This document shows positions 27,911-38,796 of a stretch of DNA of 64,000 nt, piece by piece. The translations under genes were made by a program, and so were the position numbers. The stretch lies in NCBI GenBank assembly GCA_051251915.1, contig JBPOGF010000011.1:1-64000 (forward strand). Direction: 5' to 3'. How positions within the stretch are numbered: position 1 is the first letter of the stretch; every line of letters starts with the position of its first letter. The notes beneath the pieces were generated by a model that had not been told where the DNA came from, did no database searches, and saw only the letters and a list, made by a program, of their open reading frames with translations. The DNA is from Akkermansiaceae bacterium (GTDB lineage Bacteria; Verrucomicrobiota; Verrucomicrobiia; Verrucomicrobiales; Akkermansiaceae).

Positions 27911-30900
27911 ATGTATACACTAAAACGATCAACTATTCACCAAATCCCTTATCACAAAAGCACCAAATCAAGCTTTCTGTCCAAAACAAAGGGCTTTGCT
28001 CTCATTTCTACAATTTCAATAATGTCATTGTTGCTATTGATTTCAATAGCGATGCTTAGCCTTAGCTCTATAGAAACTCGTGATAACGAATTAAGTAAAA
28101 ATCGCACCATTGCACAATCAAATGCACGCATGGCTTTGATGGTAGCCATTGGCCAGCTTCAGCAGTCTATGGGCCCAGATCAGCGCGTGTCAGCTTCTGC
28201 TAGTATCTTTGATACAGACCCAACCACAGCAGAAATCGATGGAGTTAACCTACCGCACACGCTTGGAGCTTGGTCCACACTCACCGCTAACGGAGACCCC
28301 ATCATTTATCAAACAGATGACGGCTACCACATGGATCATCGAAACCCCAGTGACACCACCTTTGAGGATCACCGCGAAAACGTCATCTCTTGGCTGATCA
28401 GCGGCGGCGAACAAACTGGGTTCGATCCAAGAACGTCAAGTCTTCAAGAAGGAACTACAGCCATCACATTAGGTTTTGACAACGGACAGAAAGTCATGGC
28501 TCCACTAGTTAATACAGTCAGTAGCGATGGCGCGACAAACAAGTATGCCTATCATGTCACCGATCTCGGTATGACTACGCCTGTAGTGCAGCTCAATACC
28601 AAAGCAGGCACGCTTCCATCTGCTTCCTCCCCAAATGATGGAGGCTACGCGAACCTCTACGGGGGCTCTAAGCGCCCCTTAGGCGATATCTCTGACACCA
28701 AAGACGCCTTCTCAGGAATCGCCGATGATGCCACTGTTATCAATGAGAATGCAACGACCAGATACATTACGAATCAAACATTAGGATTCACCCCCGATGG
28801 TATCAGTAATGATGATGCAAAAGAGCTCCTAAGACTTAACGATCAGAGCTTCTCTTTCCAAAACACAGCTCTCTTGGTGGACACACTCCGCGGCGGCTTT
28901 CGAACTGATCTAAGCTCTTTCCTGCACGGGAATGAAGATCCTGGTGATGGGAGTTTAGTTGGCTCAACTAGCACCTTATTGACTGACCTCGACCCCATAC
29001 TCCCTCACGATAATTTTAAAGTGCTATCGCCAAAATTCGGAGCACTCCGTGACTTTCTCCGCCTAGGAGACCTAGCAGGTAGCTCTCGTTCTATTGATCC
29101 TCGTGCCCCGATCTATGGAAACGGAGGGTATCAAAACGACTACCCTGACCCAACTCAAGTATTCAAGCAAGGAGTTCACCCGCACATCATCGAATACAGC
29201 TCCTACCATCTACCTGTTGAAAATCAAGCATCTACCTCAAATGTATCAACTCTAATCTATCCCCGAGTAACGCTATGGAACCCATACAACGTCACCATAA
29301 AGGCCTCAAATTACTTTGTCCAAATCAACCAAAGAGACACTTTTGCAATCACCGTCAAACCTGCATCAGGGTCAGGAGATTCAGGACAATACTCATACAG
29401 CGCAACATCTGGCACCGTCGCGTCTGGTGATGGATCACGGGCTCGCCCTGACTACCTATTTTTCTTTTTAGAGCCCATCGATATCGAACCTGGCCAATCT
29501 CTAGTATTCACAGCCGCACATAGCGGTTCAAAAAAACTTGAAGACCGAGACGGTAACCTTTCTCAAAACATCCTCTCTGCAACCGCCAACCCCTCTGATT
29601 TAGCCAGTTTCTATGTCGACATGACATCCACCTCCGCTACGTCACCAGACTTCAATACCACCTTAGAATATACATTCAACGGTACCTATTTTGTCAGCAA
29701 TGAAGAATCAACCTCAGCTCGTCTACGCCTAGCTTCTGGCAATTCCAGCTATAGCTCCTTGATTGGTGGCTCTGATGAAGCTCCCAATGCTCCTATAGTA
29801 CATACTTTCGATATTCATAACTGGGTTCGCGACAACCAGATGCGCTTTCGCCAAATGGATAATTCAGACCCTCCTCTTTTACTAAATATCACAGACACCC
29901 CGTCACTCATCCCTGACCACAGAACCAAGCTAGGCATGCGCCTCAAGGCCTTCAACGAAACACCTGAGAATCTCAGCCTTAACTCTAAGGCTCCTTGGGA
30001 CTTCCCTCTGATAGAAATGTCCAACATGCGGTCCCCATTCTATAGGCGGACTTCATGGGATTGGATAATAGAGAGAGCCAAGAACGGGTCAATTAATGCA
30101 AATCAGGAATTCCACTTTGGACCATTCGCCACAGAGACTACCCCTGCTCCCAGTTACACAGATTCATTTATGATCCCCCGCTACACTGGAGGTGTAGCAG
30201 AAACATCACCCTTCATGAACTCTAGTAGCATCCTTAACTTGCGCTTTCCTTTATTTGATATCCCACCAGCAGACATGGAGGCATATTCCTTCGCTCAGCT
30301 CCGCCCCGCAACACTCACTCATGAATTTAGTGCTCCTAGCTTCATCATAGGAGAAAGCCTAGTCCCTGTAACCTCACCACGCGACAGAAGCGCCCTCAGT
30401 CTTGCTGATTACGAAAAGGTCTGGTGGGATGGGGTCAGACCATCTCAGGTAACATCCTACGCAACTTGGTGGCAAGACGAACTAGACCCGTCCGTGAACT
30501 ACTCAGCTTACGATCTACGCTATGAGGTAAATCACGCCCTATGGGATAAATACTTTCTTTCTTCCATACCAAATGATGCCATTTTAGCAGACCACACAGA
30601 TGCCGGCTCTATCCCCAATCAGCACATCCAAGTTAGCACTGCAACAGAAGAAGATCTAACCCAAACAACGGCAAGTAAACCTGACCTCATAGCTCAACAT
30701 CTCAGACTAAATAACCATCACTCAGTAAACTCAACCAACCTTATTGCTTGGAAATCTCTTCTATCAAAAAACATGGGAGTTAACATCAATGGCAGAAACA
30801 CCGATAGCGACTCAGTTCCCTTCCCTGGAATGAGCACACCACTTGGCGATGGAGCTAATCCTACCAGCTCAGAAGAAATGGCAACCTGGATAGGATACCG

Positions 30901-31543
30901 CCAGCTTAACCCTGTCGAAATCAATCTTCTAGCTGAAAATATAGTTGAACAAGTCAAACGTCGTGCTCCATTCATCTCGATCTCAGACTTTGTTAATCGA
31001 CGTCTAATTGAAGCGGAAAGCGCCTCCACAGCCGCCCCAGACGTCAACACCCAAACAGACATTGACCTCCTAAGCTATGCTGGCCCCATCGAAATTGCTA
31101 TTCGCAAAGCTGATATTAATGCTGGCCTCCAAGACTATGCTCAACTAGCAGCCGCTGAATATGAGACCCCTGTCTACAAAGCAGGCAAACAAGAAGTGCA
31201 ACCCTACAAAACAATAAACACTCCCGAAGAACGTTTTGCCAATGCACCCGCTCACTTAACACAAGGCAAGATATTGGAAACCATCGGGTCAACACTCACC
31301 TCGCGCTCAGACACCTTCCGAATCCGAGCTTATGGAGAATCACGTGATGTCTCAGGCAGGCTCAAAGCCGCAGCATGGTGCGAAGCTATTGTCCAACGAA
31401 GCACTACATATCTAGACAGTGTAGCAGACGACGCTATCGTCGCCGCAGATGACCTCACTTCCGATAATAATAAAAAATATGGCCGTCGTTTCTTAATCAA
31501 ATCCTTCCGCTGGATGGCTAAAAATGAACTCAACTTCGACTAA
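27911..31543 (+). CDS. Large PilX-like / Verru_Chthon cassette A-like surface protein
   Basis: Prepilin-like KG|FALISTIS..., A..NARMAL..AIGQLQ..MGPDQRVSA, C-terminal RSDTFRIRAYG..WCEAIVQR..GRRF....FRW. Confidence 0.8.
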   Translation: MYTLKRSTIHQIPYHKSTKSSFLSKTKGFALISTISIMSLLLLISIAMLSLSSIETRDNELSKNRTIAQSNARMALMVAIGQLQQSMGPDQRVSASASIFDTDPTTAEIDGVNLPHTLGAWSTLTANGDPIIYQTDDGYHMDHRNPSDTTFEDHRENVISWLISGGEQTGFDPRTSSLQEGTTAITLGFDNGQKVMAPLVNTVSSDGATNKYAYHVTDLGMTTPVVQLNTKAGTLPSASSPNDGGYANLYGGSKRPLGDISDTKDAFSGIADDATVINENATTRYITNQTLGFTPDGISNDDAKELLRLNDQSFSFQNTALLVDTLRGGFRTDLSSFLHGNEDPGDGSLVGSTSTLLTDLDPILPHDNFKVLSPKFGALRDFLRLGDLAGSSRSIDPRAPIYGNGGYQNDYPDPTQVFKQGVHPHIIEYSSYHLPVENQASTSNVSTLIYPRVTLWNPYNVTIKASNYFVQINQRDTFAITVKPASGSGDSGQYSYSATSGTVASGDGSRARPDYLFFFLEPIDIEPGQSLVFTAAHSGSKKLEDRDGNLSQNILSATANPSDLASFYVDMTSTSATSPDFNTTLEYTFNGTYFVSNEESTSARLRLASGNSSYSSLIGGSDEAPNAPIVHTFDIHNWVRDNQMRFRQMDNSDPPLLLNITDTPSLIPDHRTKLGMRLKAFNETPENLSLNSKAPWDFPLIEMSNMRSPFYRRTSWDWIIERAKNGSINANQEFHFGPFATETTPAPSYTDSFMIPRYTGGVAETSPFMNSSSILNLRFPLFDIPPADMEAYSFAQLRPATLTHEFSAPSFIIGESLVPVTSPRDRSALSLADYEKVWWDGVRPSQVTSYATWWQDELDPSVNYSAYDLRYEVNHALWDKYFLSSIPNDAILADHTDAGSIPNQHIQVSTATEEDLTQTTASKPDLIAQHLRLNNHHSVNSTNLIAWKSLLSKNMGVNINGRNTDSDSVPFPGMSTPLGDGANPTSSEEMATWIGYRQLNPVEINLLAENIVEQVKRRAPFISISDFVNRRLIEAESASTAAPDVNTQTDIDLLSYAGPIEIAIRKADINAGLQDYAQLAAAEYETPVYKAGKQEVQPYKTINTPEERFANAPAHLTQGKILETIGSTLTSRSDTFRIRAYGESRDVSGRLKAAAWCEAIVQRSTTYLDSVADDAIVAADDLTSDNNKKYGRRFLIKSFRWMAKNELNFD

Positions 31544-31570
31544 CGACTGTCGATCATTAATTAATTTATA

Positions 31571-32488
31571 ATGAGAACTACCACTAACATGACCTATATA
31601 CGCAGCCTCTACAAAATTCTCCCTTTAATTCTGATCTCAGACCTCTCCGCCCAACTTCCGACCAATAACACCGACGAAGAATCTACAAAGAAAACCCTTA
31701 AAGTCAAAATACTGGCATTAGGCCACAGAAGAACCGCAACATACACTCGCTCGAAAAAAGCAGAAGTGATCAGGTTCACGACACCCGATGGAGAGACCAT
31801 TGAGGAGGTCATTCCTGCAGGCACAGCCGTTGAAGTCCGAGGCTCAAGATATGAATACCTCCCCTCACGTATCTATATTCCAAATAAAAATAAAGAAACA
31901 GGAGAAGAGCACATGCTTAGACCCCTCATCCTTAACGCATGCTCGCCTGAAATAAGCTTAAAACCACGACAAAATCTTGACGTCTATATCCGTAAAGCAC
32001 CTCGCCAAGAAGGCAAAGAACTTGAACTTACAAAGTATTTCTCAACCTCAATCGCAGAGGAGCAGACTCACCTCCTGACAACCATCATCAAGCGCCATAC
32101 CGTCGCTACAGCTTGGGAAAAACCCATCATCAAGTCATTCAACACTAGCTACGATAAGCTACCGCCAAAGTCTCTCCTCATCTTCAATGCCTGCCCTTTG
32201 CCAATTGAAGTTCAAGTCCCATCCAAACAGAAAATCGAAAATATCACAATAAAGCCTCTCTCAACATTTAAGACGATTCCAGGCGTGAATACACGAGGAG
32301 AAACAGTCGTACTGGCAAAAATCGTCTATCCAGATGGAAAAAAACGACAATTTTATTACAACTCTCTCAACATTGCCCAAGACGGACGCGCTTATTTGTT
32401 TGTCTACTGTGACCCTCGAAAAAATGCAACGAACCTAGCTAACACAGTTCAGTTTTATGACACCATTGAACCACCTGTGAAAAAATAA
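31571..32488 (+). CDS. Hypothetical exported protein, partner of the PilX-like gene
   Basis: 305-aa ORF 27 nt downstream on the same strand. Confidence 0.7.
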   Translation: MRTTTNMTYIRSLYKILPLILISDLSAQLPTNNTDEESTKKTLKVKILALGHRRTATYTRSKKAEVIRFTTPDGETIEEVIPAGTAVEVRGSRYEYLPSRIYIPNKNKETGEEHMLRPLILNACSPEISLKPRQNLDVYIRKAPRQEGKELELTKYFSTSIAEEQTHLLTTIIKRHTVATAWEKPIIKSFNTSYDKLPPKSLLIFNACPLPIEVQVPSKQKIENITIKPLSTFKTIPGVNTRGETVVLAKIVYPDGKKRQFYYNSLNIAQDGRAYLFVYCDPRKNATNLANTVQFYDTIEPPVKK

Positions 32489-32720
32489 AGTAGCCGCGCA
32501 TCAACCCCATAAGAATAACGCAACCGTGCGATCTGTATCGCCAATAATTTCTCAAAAGCCTTTAGGATCGAAACACCCAAAGGCTTTTTACGTCTAACAG
32601 TTGATGGTGAGAATTGAGCACACTCTGCCCAGCCCCATCGCATAAACCTAGCTATATCCCTCCGCTATAAAAAACCGTCCTTCCATAACCTCACTATTTT
32701 TCCTACCATAGCCTTTGTCT

Positions 32721-33758
32721 ATGGAACTCTTCTTCAGATCAATCCGCCGCCTACTCCTCATGATCGAATGGATTTTGGGAATAATATGGGGAACATTAAG
32801 CAAACTACTCCCCTTCTGGAAAATCAAACCCGTCGTTGAGATCTTCAACGCGGTGAAATTTCCACACAACGGAAAATGCGGCACCTGGATCTACGGTCGC
32901 GTGCTTAGCGAGCGCAAGCTGATTCCACCCACCCCAGAAGACTCAAGCTGGATCAATTTCAGACGTATGATTAGCCAGTGGTTCACCCGCGAGGTTCCTA
33001 AGACGGGAGTCACTGTCACGATTGGAAATCAGCAACACCAAGTTAGATCTGATGCTGATGGGTATTTTGAATTACTCGCCTATAATGTCTCCGGAGCCTA
33101 TCAGGTGAGTCTAGATAGTTATGATTATAAAGCTGAATTTGAATCCACAGGCTCACCTGAAATCCCTGAATACGTCATCATCACAGACGTCGATGACACG
33201 CTGTTAGAGACAGGTGCTATCTCACTAGGCAAGATGATCAAAACCACTCTCTTAGGAAACTCACTCACCCGTGACCTCGTCCCAGGAATCTCAGAACTCA
33301 TCAATGAACTACACCATAACGCCAAGCACCCAGTATTCTACGTAACAAGCTCACCGTGGAATCTGCACGGATTCCTAGGCCGTGTCTTTTCACGTGCAAT
33401 GCTCCCAAAAGGCGGCATTTTCATGACCGACTGGGGACTCACCCCCAAACAATGGCTAACCCCAAGCCACGATGCCCACAAGGGCGACGCCATACACAGG
33501 ATCTCCGAATGGTATCAGAATTCCCAGTTCCTACTCTTTGGTGATGACAGCCAGAAAGACCACACCATTTATGCCGACTTCATCCGCAAGAACCCAGATA
33601 AAATCAAAGCCGCATTCATCCGAACAGTTGCCGGTGAAGAAAAAATGGAACTAGTCCAGCAAATGATGGATGCCCTAAATCAAGAAATAGGAAGAGAAGT
33701 GATGTTCGTGATTCACACCGCGGAGGAAATCAAAGAGAAACTAACAACGCTGCCCTAA
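32721..33758 (+). CDS. App1-like (DUF2183) phosphatidate phosphatase
   Basis: ITDVDDT, FYVTSSPWNL, GDDSQKD. Confidence 0.85.
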   Translation: MELFFRSIRRLLLMIEWILGIIWGTLSKLLPFWKIKPVVEIFNAVKFPHNGKCGTWIYGRVLSERKLIPPTPEDSSWINFRRMISQWFTREVPKTGVTVTIGNQQHQVRSDADGYFELLAYNVSGAYQVSLDSYDYKAEFESTGSPEIPEYVIITDVDDTLLETGAISLGKMIKTTLLGNSLTRDLVPGISELINELHHNAKHPVFYVTSSPWNLHGFLGRVFSRAMLPKGGIFMTDWGLTPKQWLTPSHDAHKGDAIHRISEWYQNSQFLLFGDDSQKDHTIYADFIRKNPDKIKAAFIRTVAGEEKMELVQQMMDALNQEIGREVMFVIHTAEEIKEKLTTLP

Positions 33759-33785
33759 AATCACCCCAGACCACCACGCAACCAA

Positions 33786-34379
33786 CTACCTACCGAGCAT
33801 AGAATTAGTCTGCTGAACTCCTAACTGATTGTACTCATCCCTGCTCATGATGAGAGGCTCTTGCGCAGTTCTATTTCTGCTAATGACATAGCCGTTAGAA
33901 CTAGTCTGAACCTCACTGGATCGAGCTTCATTCGCCCTACCAGTCGCATATTTACCAGCATTGAATTGACTCTGATTAGCAGTCGCATATTGCCCATTAG
34001 CTTGAGCACTCGCATTACGATTCACATAGTGCGGCGAATGCTTAAATTTACTACCATCCATATTTCCGCCATATTGCTTTGAAGCGTAGTCTTTATTTCC
34101 ACCCCAGCGCTCCTTACGATAGCTTTCCTTGTTATAATCTTTGCCAGAAAAATCTCGCGATCCAATATCAGATCGCCGATTATTATACGAACTCACTTTA
34201 TCCGAGCCAGACCGCGCCATCCCATGGTCCCCCTTCTCCATCTCGTAACCATTGTTATATTTATCCAGACCCGAGCGAACCTTCGCCTGCGTCACAGTCT
34301 GCTCACTAGCACAAGATGCAAATGCAAACACCGCTACAGCTAAACCTGACTTGATCACGTTTTGATAAATATTTTTCAT
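33786..34379 (-). CDS. Hypothetical lipoprotein
   Basis: Lipobox FASC; polar low-complexity body. Confidence 0.75.
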   Translation of the reverse strand: MKNIYQNVIKSGLAVAVFAFASCASEQTVTQAKVRSGLDKYNNGYEMEKGDHGMARSGSDKVSSYNNRRSDIGSRDFSGKDYNKESYRKERWGGNKDYASKQYGGNMDGSKFKHSPHYVNRNASAQANGQYATANQSQFNAGKYATGRANEARSSEVQTSSNGYVISRNRTAQEPLIMSRDEYNQLGVQQTNSMLGR

Positions 34380-34550
34380 ACAGAAATAACTATATCCCTT
34401 GTCCCCAACCCTTCAAGCTAAGAATCTGGAAATTGTAAACCCAGTCTAGACTCACTCCAAAAATTAAGAGAAATGGCACGGCTTCAACCAAAGAAGACGC
34501 GCCATTGTTAAAATTTCCAGATCAGCACGCAGCCAACCTAAACACCCACC

Positions 34551-35681
34551 TTATCGCTCCGCAATCGGAGGAACTGGTGAAGTGGTCGCAGGTCCTACAT
34601 ACTTGGTAAGTGGACGATAAAGCCTGTTATCCTTCAACTGCTCTAACACCTGTGCTGTCCAGCCTGACATTCTCGCTATCGCGAAAATAGGAGTGAAGAG
34701 ATCCGTAGGAATATTCAGAGAATAATATACAGTCGCAGAGTAGAAATCCACATTTGCATTAAGCCCTTTGCGCTCGCGCATGATAGTAGCGATACGCTCA
34801 GACATATTGATCCATTTTGACTCACCTAGCTCCTCAGTAAGTTTGATCGCCATTTTCTGAAGATGTGGAGCACGTGGATCGAGCACCTTATAAACACGGT
34901 GACCAATACCCATGATCTTCTTCTTATTTACGAGACAATCTTCAACAAAAGCATCCACCTTATCTTCGCTACCTATCTCCTTGAGCATCTTGATCACTCC
35001 CTCATTCGCTCCACCGTGAAGTGGCCCCTTGAGTGTGCCAATCGCCGAAGTCATCGATGAGTAAAGATCAGAAAGCGTACCAGTAGTGACACGTGCTGAG
35101 AATGTAGATGCGTTCATCCCATGATCCGCATGGATAATGTAAGCAACGTCCAGAGTCTTCACTGCTGCCTCACACGGCTCCTCACCTGTGATAAGATATA
35201 GGAAATGTGCTGCCTCAGAAAGATCCGTGCGCACCGGAGGTAAATCTAAGCCCTGACGAGCGCGGTGATAATACGCCACAATCACAGGAGTCTGCGCCAC
35301 AATAGAAAGTGCCACTTCATGATTTAATGCCGTATCCGGCTCGCCTACTTCAGCGCGCTTATCAAAGATTCCTAACATAGAAACACCAGTTCTTAGAACA
35401 TCCATAGGAATGGCATCTTTAGGTAGCCCTTTGAGGAAACTCACCACTTGCTCAGGAAGCTCACGATTGCTTCTAAGAGTTGACTCCAGATCGGCTAGTT
35501 CTTCGGCATTTGGCAACTTGCCATTATGAAGTAAGTAAGTCACCTCCTCAAATGAACAATTCTCGACGAGATCATCGATGTCGTAACCGAGATACGATAA
35601 TTTTCCTGCTTGACCCTCTACTTTAGAGAGAGCTGATTCGTTTGCGATGACGCCTTCTAGGCCTTTTGCGTAGTCACTCAT
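34551..35681 (-). CDS. Citrate synthase (short CS II / methylcitrate synthase family)
   Basis: KGLEGV, HADHGMNAST, GPLHGGAN, GIGHRVYK..DPR, NVDFYS. Confidence 0.93.
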   Translation of the reverse strand: MSDYAKGLEGVIANESALSKVEGQAGKLSYLGYDIDDLVENCSFEEVTYLLHNGKLPNAEELADLESTLRSNRELPEQVVSFLKGLPKDAIPMDVLRTGVSMLGIFDKRAEVGEPDTALNHEVALSIVAQTPVIVAYYHRARQGLDLPPVRTDLSEAAHFLYLITGEEPCEAAVKTLDVAYIIHADHGMNASTFSARVTTGTLSDLYSSMTSAIGTLKGPLHGGANEGVIKMLKEIGSEDKVDAFVEDCLVNKKKIMGIGHRVYKVLDPRAPHLQKMAIKLTEELGESKWINMSERIATIMRERKGLNANVDFYSATVYYSLNIPTDLFTPIFAIARMSGWTAQVLEQLKDNRLYRPLTKYVGPATTSPVPPIAER

Positions 35682-35865
35682 ATTAGTTTTTGATTTGTTG
35701 TTGGTACATTAAAAAAATCTATAAACATTATTAACCCTAAAGAGTGGACATTGACAATGTTCTTCTCAAAGAAAAAACCATATCAACAAAAAGAAGCAAG
35801 AGAATATCACAACTTGACTACTTTCAGAGTTGGCAGATCTCCCCACTATCATGTAAGTAATCCCC

Positions 35866-36552
35866 ATGAGCATCATCTTATCCATCGAAACTAGTATCCC
35901 AGAGGCATCTGTTGCCCTCACGATTGATGGTGAAATGTTCGCTCATCAAGAATTCGAAAGCCACAGACAGCAAAACAAACTCCTATTCCCCGCGCTCGAA
36001 TCTATCCTCACCAAACTACCTAAAAACTCAGCCCCAGACCTCATCCTAGTCGGAACCGGTCCAGGAAGTTATAGCGGATCGCGTATCTCCATCGCCGCCG
36101 CTCAGGGCCTCGCCATAGCATACAGTTGTCCAGTCGTTGGGCTTTGCTCATTCTTAGGGACGAGCACCATGTCAGAACACACCACAGCTTTCGCCATCGG
36201 TGACGCCAGACGAGACACCTACTTCATCGCCGAAGTCCACCAAAACCAAACCGACTTCAAACCCGGAGAACTCCAGCTACTCTCACTCGATGACTTCTGC
36301 GAAAAACTTACCTCTATCGATACCACCAAAACCCCACTTTTCAGCTTTGAGCAAGAACTACCCATGCTCCATGTCGCCGAGTATTTCATCGATAAGTCTC
36401 ACGCCGCACAACTCGCCAAAGCATGGCTAAACCTCACCCCCGAGACACAGCAGCAGCTCCTCCAGTCACCACCCCAGCCAGCCTACCTCAGAGCTCCATT
36501 TATCACCAAGGCTAAGCCAGGACACCCACTCCTAAGGCAAAAGAAACGTTAA
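35866..36552 (+). CDS. tsaB: t6A biosynthesis protein TsaB
   Basis: LSIETS, GPGSYSGSRI, DARR. Confidence 0.9.
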   Translation: MSIILSIETSIPEASVALTIDGEMFAHQEFESHRQQNKLLFPALESILTKLPKNSAPDLILVGTGPGSYSGSRISIAAAQGLAIAYSCPVVGLCSFLGTSTMSEHTTAFAIGDARRDTYFIAEVHQNQTDFKPGELQLLSLDDFCEKLTSIDTTKTPLFSFEQELPMLHVAEYFIDKSHAAQLAKAWLNLTPETQQQLLQSPPQPAYLRAPFITKAKPGHPLLRQKKR

Positions 36553-36578
36553 TTCAATATACGTAAATATTTAACCAA

Positions 36579-37406
36579 GTGACTAATTCAGAAAACGCTA
36601 AAGACTTCATCGATTTAAAACTAGCCGTCCCAGCTCTCGCGGGTGATGGCTGGAGAAAGTCTGCCCGAAACACCCTAGAAAAACTACTAGGCATCACCAC
36701 CGTCCGCCGGCTAGTAACCGATGCAGCTCAAGCAAAGACCCACGACGTCTTCGGCAGATCCCTAGAAATTCTCGATATCCTAGTAGACTCCAAAGGCGTC
36801 CCAGAAGCCATCCAAGCACTCCCAAAAACCACTGGCGCCATCATCATCGCAAACCACCCATTCGGCGGAGCAGATGCCCTAGCCCTCTGCTCACTCCTCG
36901 CCAAATCACGCCCAAATGACAGTAAAATTCTAGCTAACTCCCTAGTCTACCCTGCCCCTAAATTCCCCAACTACCTCCTCCCCCTCAAGATCCTCGGCGA
37001 GCCAAATGCCGCCCGCCACAACCTCAAAACCCTCAAAACAGCCGCCGAACACGTCAGCAATGGAGGCCTCTTAGGAGTCTTCCCCGCCGGCGGAGTTTCA
37101 CATTACCAGCCAGATAGCGGAGAAATCACAGATGTCGCCTGGTCCGAGCACATCGCCCGCATCGCCCTCAAAGCTCAAGTACCGGTTATACCAGTCAAAT
37201 TTTTCGGCAGAAACCCACTCTGGTATCAATTACTAGGGAAAATTCACAAGCTCCTCAGAGCTGCCATGATTCCTAGAGCTTTACTTATCATGAAACATAA
37301 GACAATAAAGTGTCGCGCAGGAGCAGTGATCCATCACCAGACACTCGCCGAAGCTAAAAACCCTACCGCCTTTCTTCGAGATGCCGTTTACAGCATCACC
37401 GAATAA
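36579..37406 (+). CDS. Lysophospholipid acyltransferase family protein
   Basis: ANHPFGGAD (HX4D), VFPAG, VIPV. Confidence 0.88.
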   Translation: MTNSENAKDFIDLKLAVPALAGDGWRKSARNTLEKLLGITTVRRLVTDAAQAKTHDVFGRSLEILDILVDSKGVPEAIQALPKTTGAIIIANHPFGGADALALCSLLAKSRPNDSKILANSLVYPAPKFPNYLLPLKILGEPNAARHNLKTLKTAAEHVSNGGLLGVFPAGGVSHYQPDSGEITDVAWSEHIARIALKAQVPVIPVKFFGRNPLWYQLLGKIHKLLRAAMIPRALLIMKHKTIKCRAGAVIHHQTLAEAKNPTAFLRDAVYSITE

Positions 37407-37436
37407 CTCTATCAAACTATCAACTAACAAAATATT

Positions 37437-37889
37437 ATGAGCCTCAACGAACAACTTACCCAAGACATGAAAACCGCCATGAAGGCGAAAGACAAAGTCA
37501 CTCTCAACACCATCCGCACACTCAAATCAGCAGTCAAGAACGCAGCCATCGAGCAAGGCGGAGCCGATATGGTTCTCGACGACGCAGAGATCACCACCGT
37601 CATCCGTAAGCAAATCAAACAACGCCAAGACTCCATCACCCAATACTCAGAAAATGGCAGACCTGAGCTAGCAGAGACCGAACAAAATGAAATCGATGTC
37701 CTCGAAAGATACCTCCCTACTCCACTCACCGAAGAAGAAGTAGCGGCATTCGTAGCCGAAGCCATTGCTGAAACCGGAGCCAGCAGCAGAGCTGACATGG
37801 GTAAAGTCATGGGCATCATGCAGAAGAAAACTGAAGGCAGAACAGATGGCAAAACCATCAGCCAAGCAGTGATGAAAGCACTCAGCTAA
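37437..37889 (+). CDS. GatB/YqeY domain protein
   Basis: DMKTAMKAKD, KQRQDS, YLP, DMGKVMG. Confidence 0.93.
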   Translation: MSLNEQLTQDMKTAMKAKDKVTLNTIRTLKSAVKNAAIEQGGADMVLDDAEITTVIRKQIKQRQDSITQYSENGRPELAETEQNEIDVLERYLPTPLTEEEVAAFVAEAIAETGASSRADMGKVMGIMQKKTEGRTDGKTISQAVMKALS

Positions 37890-38043
37890 TATTGACACCA
37901 ATATAAGAGCACCGTTTATCAACCCCACATCACCCCAACCTCCTTTAATACACCCGCGGCTTCTTGCTCCAAATCGATAGCCGCCAAAAACTCTAAACAA
38001 CACCCCTCCCAACTATTCACAAATAACGAATACTAATCACCAC

Positions 38044-38784
38044 ATGCGCTGCCTGCTCATCGATAACTCTAACACCCGCACGAAGTTCATGATAGGAACG
38101 GAGCGTGAGCTCCTCCCCTGGATTGCACATGTGAATACCTCAGAAATCTCCACAGAGACAATCACTGAGGTTCTAAAGGAGCAACATTGGGATTCCGTGT
38201 ATCTCTGCTCAGTCGTCCCAGCTAAAGCCCAAATCATAGAATCCACGCTAAAGCACCTCGCAGACAAGCCGTTCCAAAAACTTACCCATAGCTCTGAACT
38301 AGGCATCGGGATTCAATACCCCACGCCCAGCCAGATCGGTGCAGACAGACTAGCCAACGGCATTGCTGCCCACACCCTATATGGCTCACCCTGCATCGTC
38401 ATCGATTTCGGCACCGCGGTCACTTTCGACGTCATCGCCGACGGTAAATACCAAGGCGGAGTCATCGCCCCAGGACTTGGAGCCATGACGGACTATCTAG
38501 CAAATAAAACTGCTCTGCTCCCTAAAATCACCCTTACTGAACCAGAAAGTGCGATCGGAAAATCCACAGAAAAAGCCATGGACATTGGCGCCGTTTACGG
38601 TTACCGCGGTCTGGTTCGTGAAATAATCACCGAACTCTGCAAGGAGCTGAAAGCGAAGCCGACCGTTATCTGCACTGGTGGAGACGGCGAACTCATCACA
38701 AACGGCTTACCAGATCTCATCCATCACTACCACCCTTCAATCACGCTTGAAGGAATCAGACTAGCCGCTATACTTAACTTTTAG
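38044..38784 (+). CDS. coaX: Type III pantothenate kinase
   Basis: IDNSNTRTK, SVVP, IGADR, IDFGTAVT, GGVIAPG. Confidence 0.93.
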   Translation: MRCLLIDNSNTRTKFMIGTERELLPWIAHVNTSEISTETITEVLKEQHWDSVYLCSVVPAKAQIIESTLKHLADKPFQKLTHSSELGIGIQYPTPSQIGADRLANGIAAHTLYGSPCIVIDFGTAVTFDVIADGKYQGGVIAPGLGAMTDYLANKTALLPKITLTEPESAIGKSTEKAMDIGAVYGYRGLVREIITELCKELKAKPTVICTGGDGELITNGLPDLIHHYHPSITLEGIRLAAILNF

Positions 38785-38796
38785 AAAGACACATAA

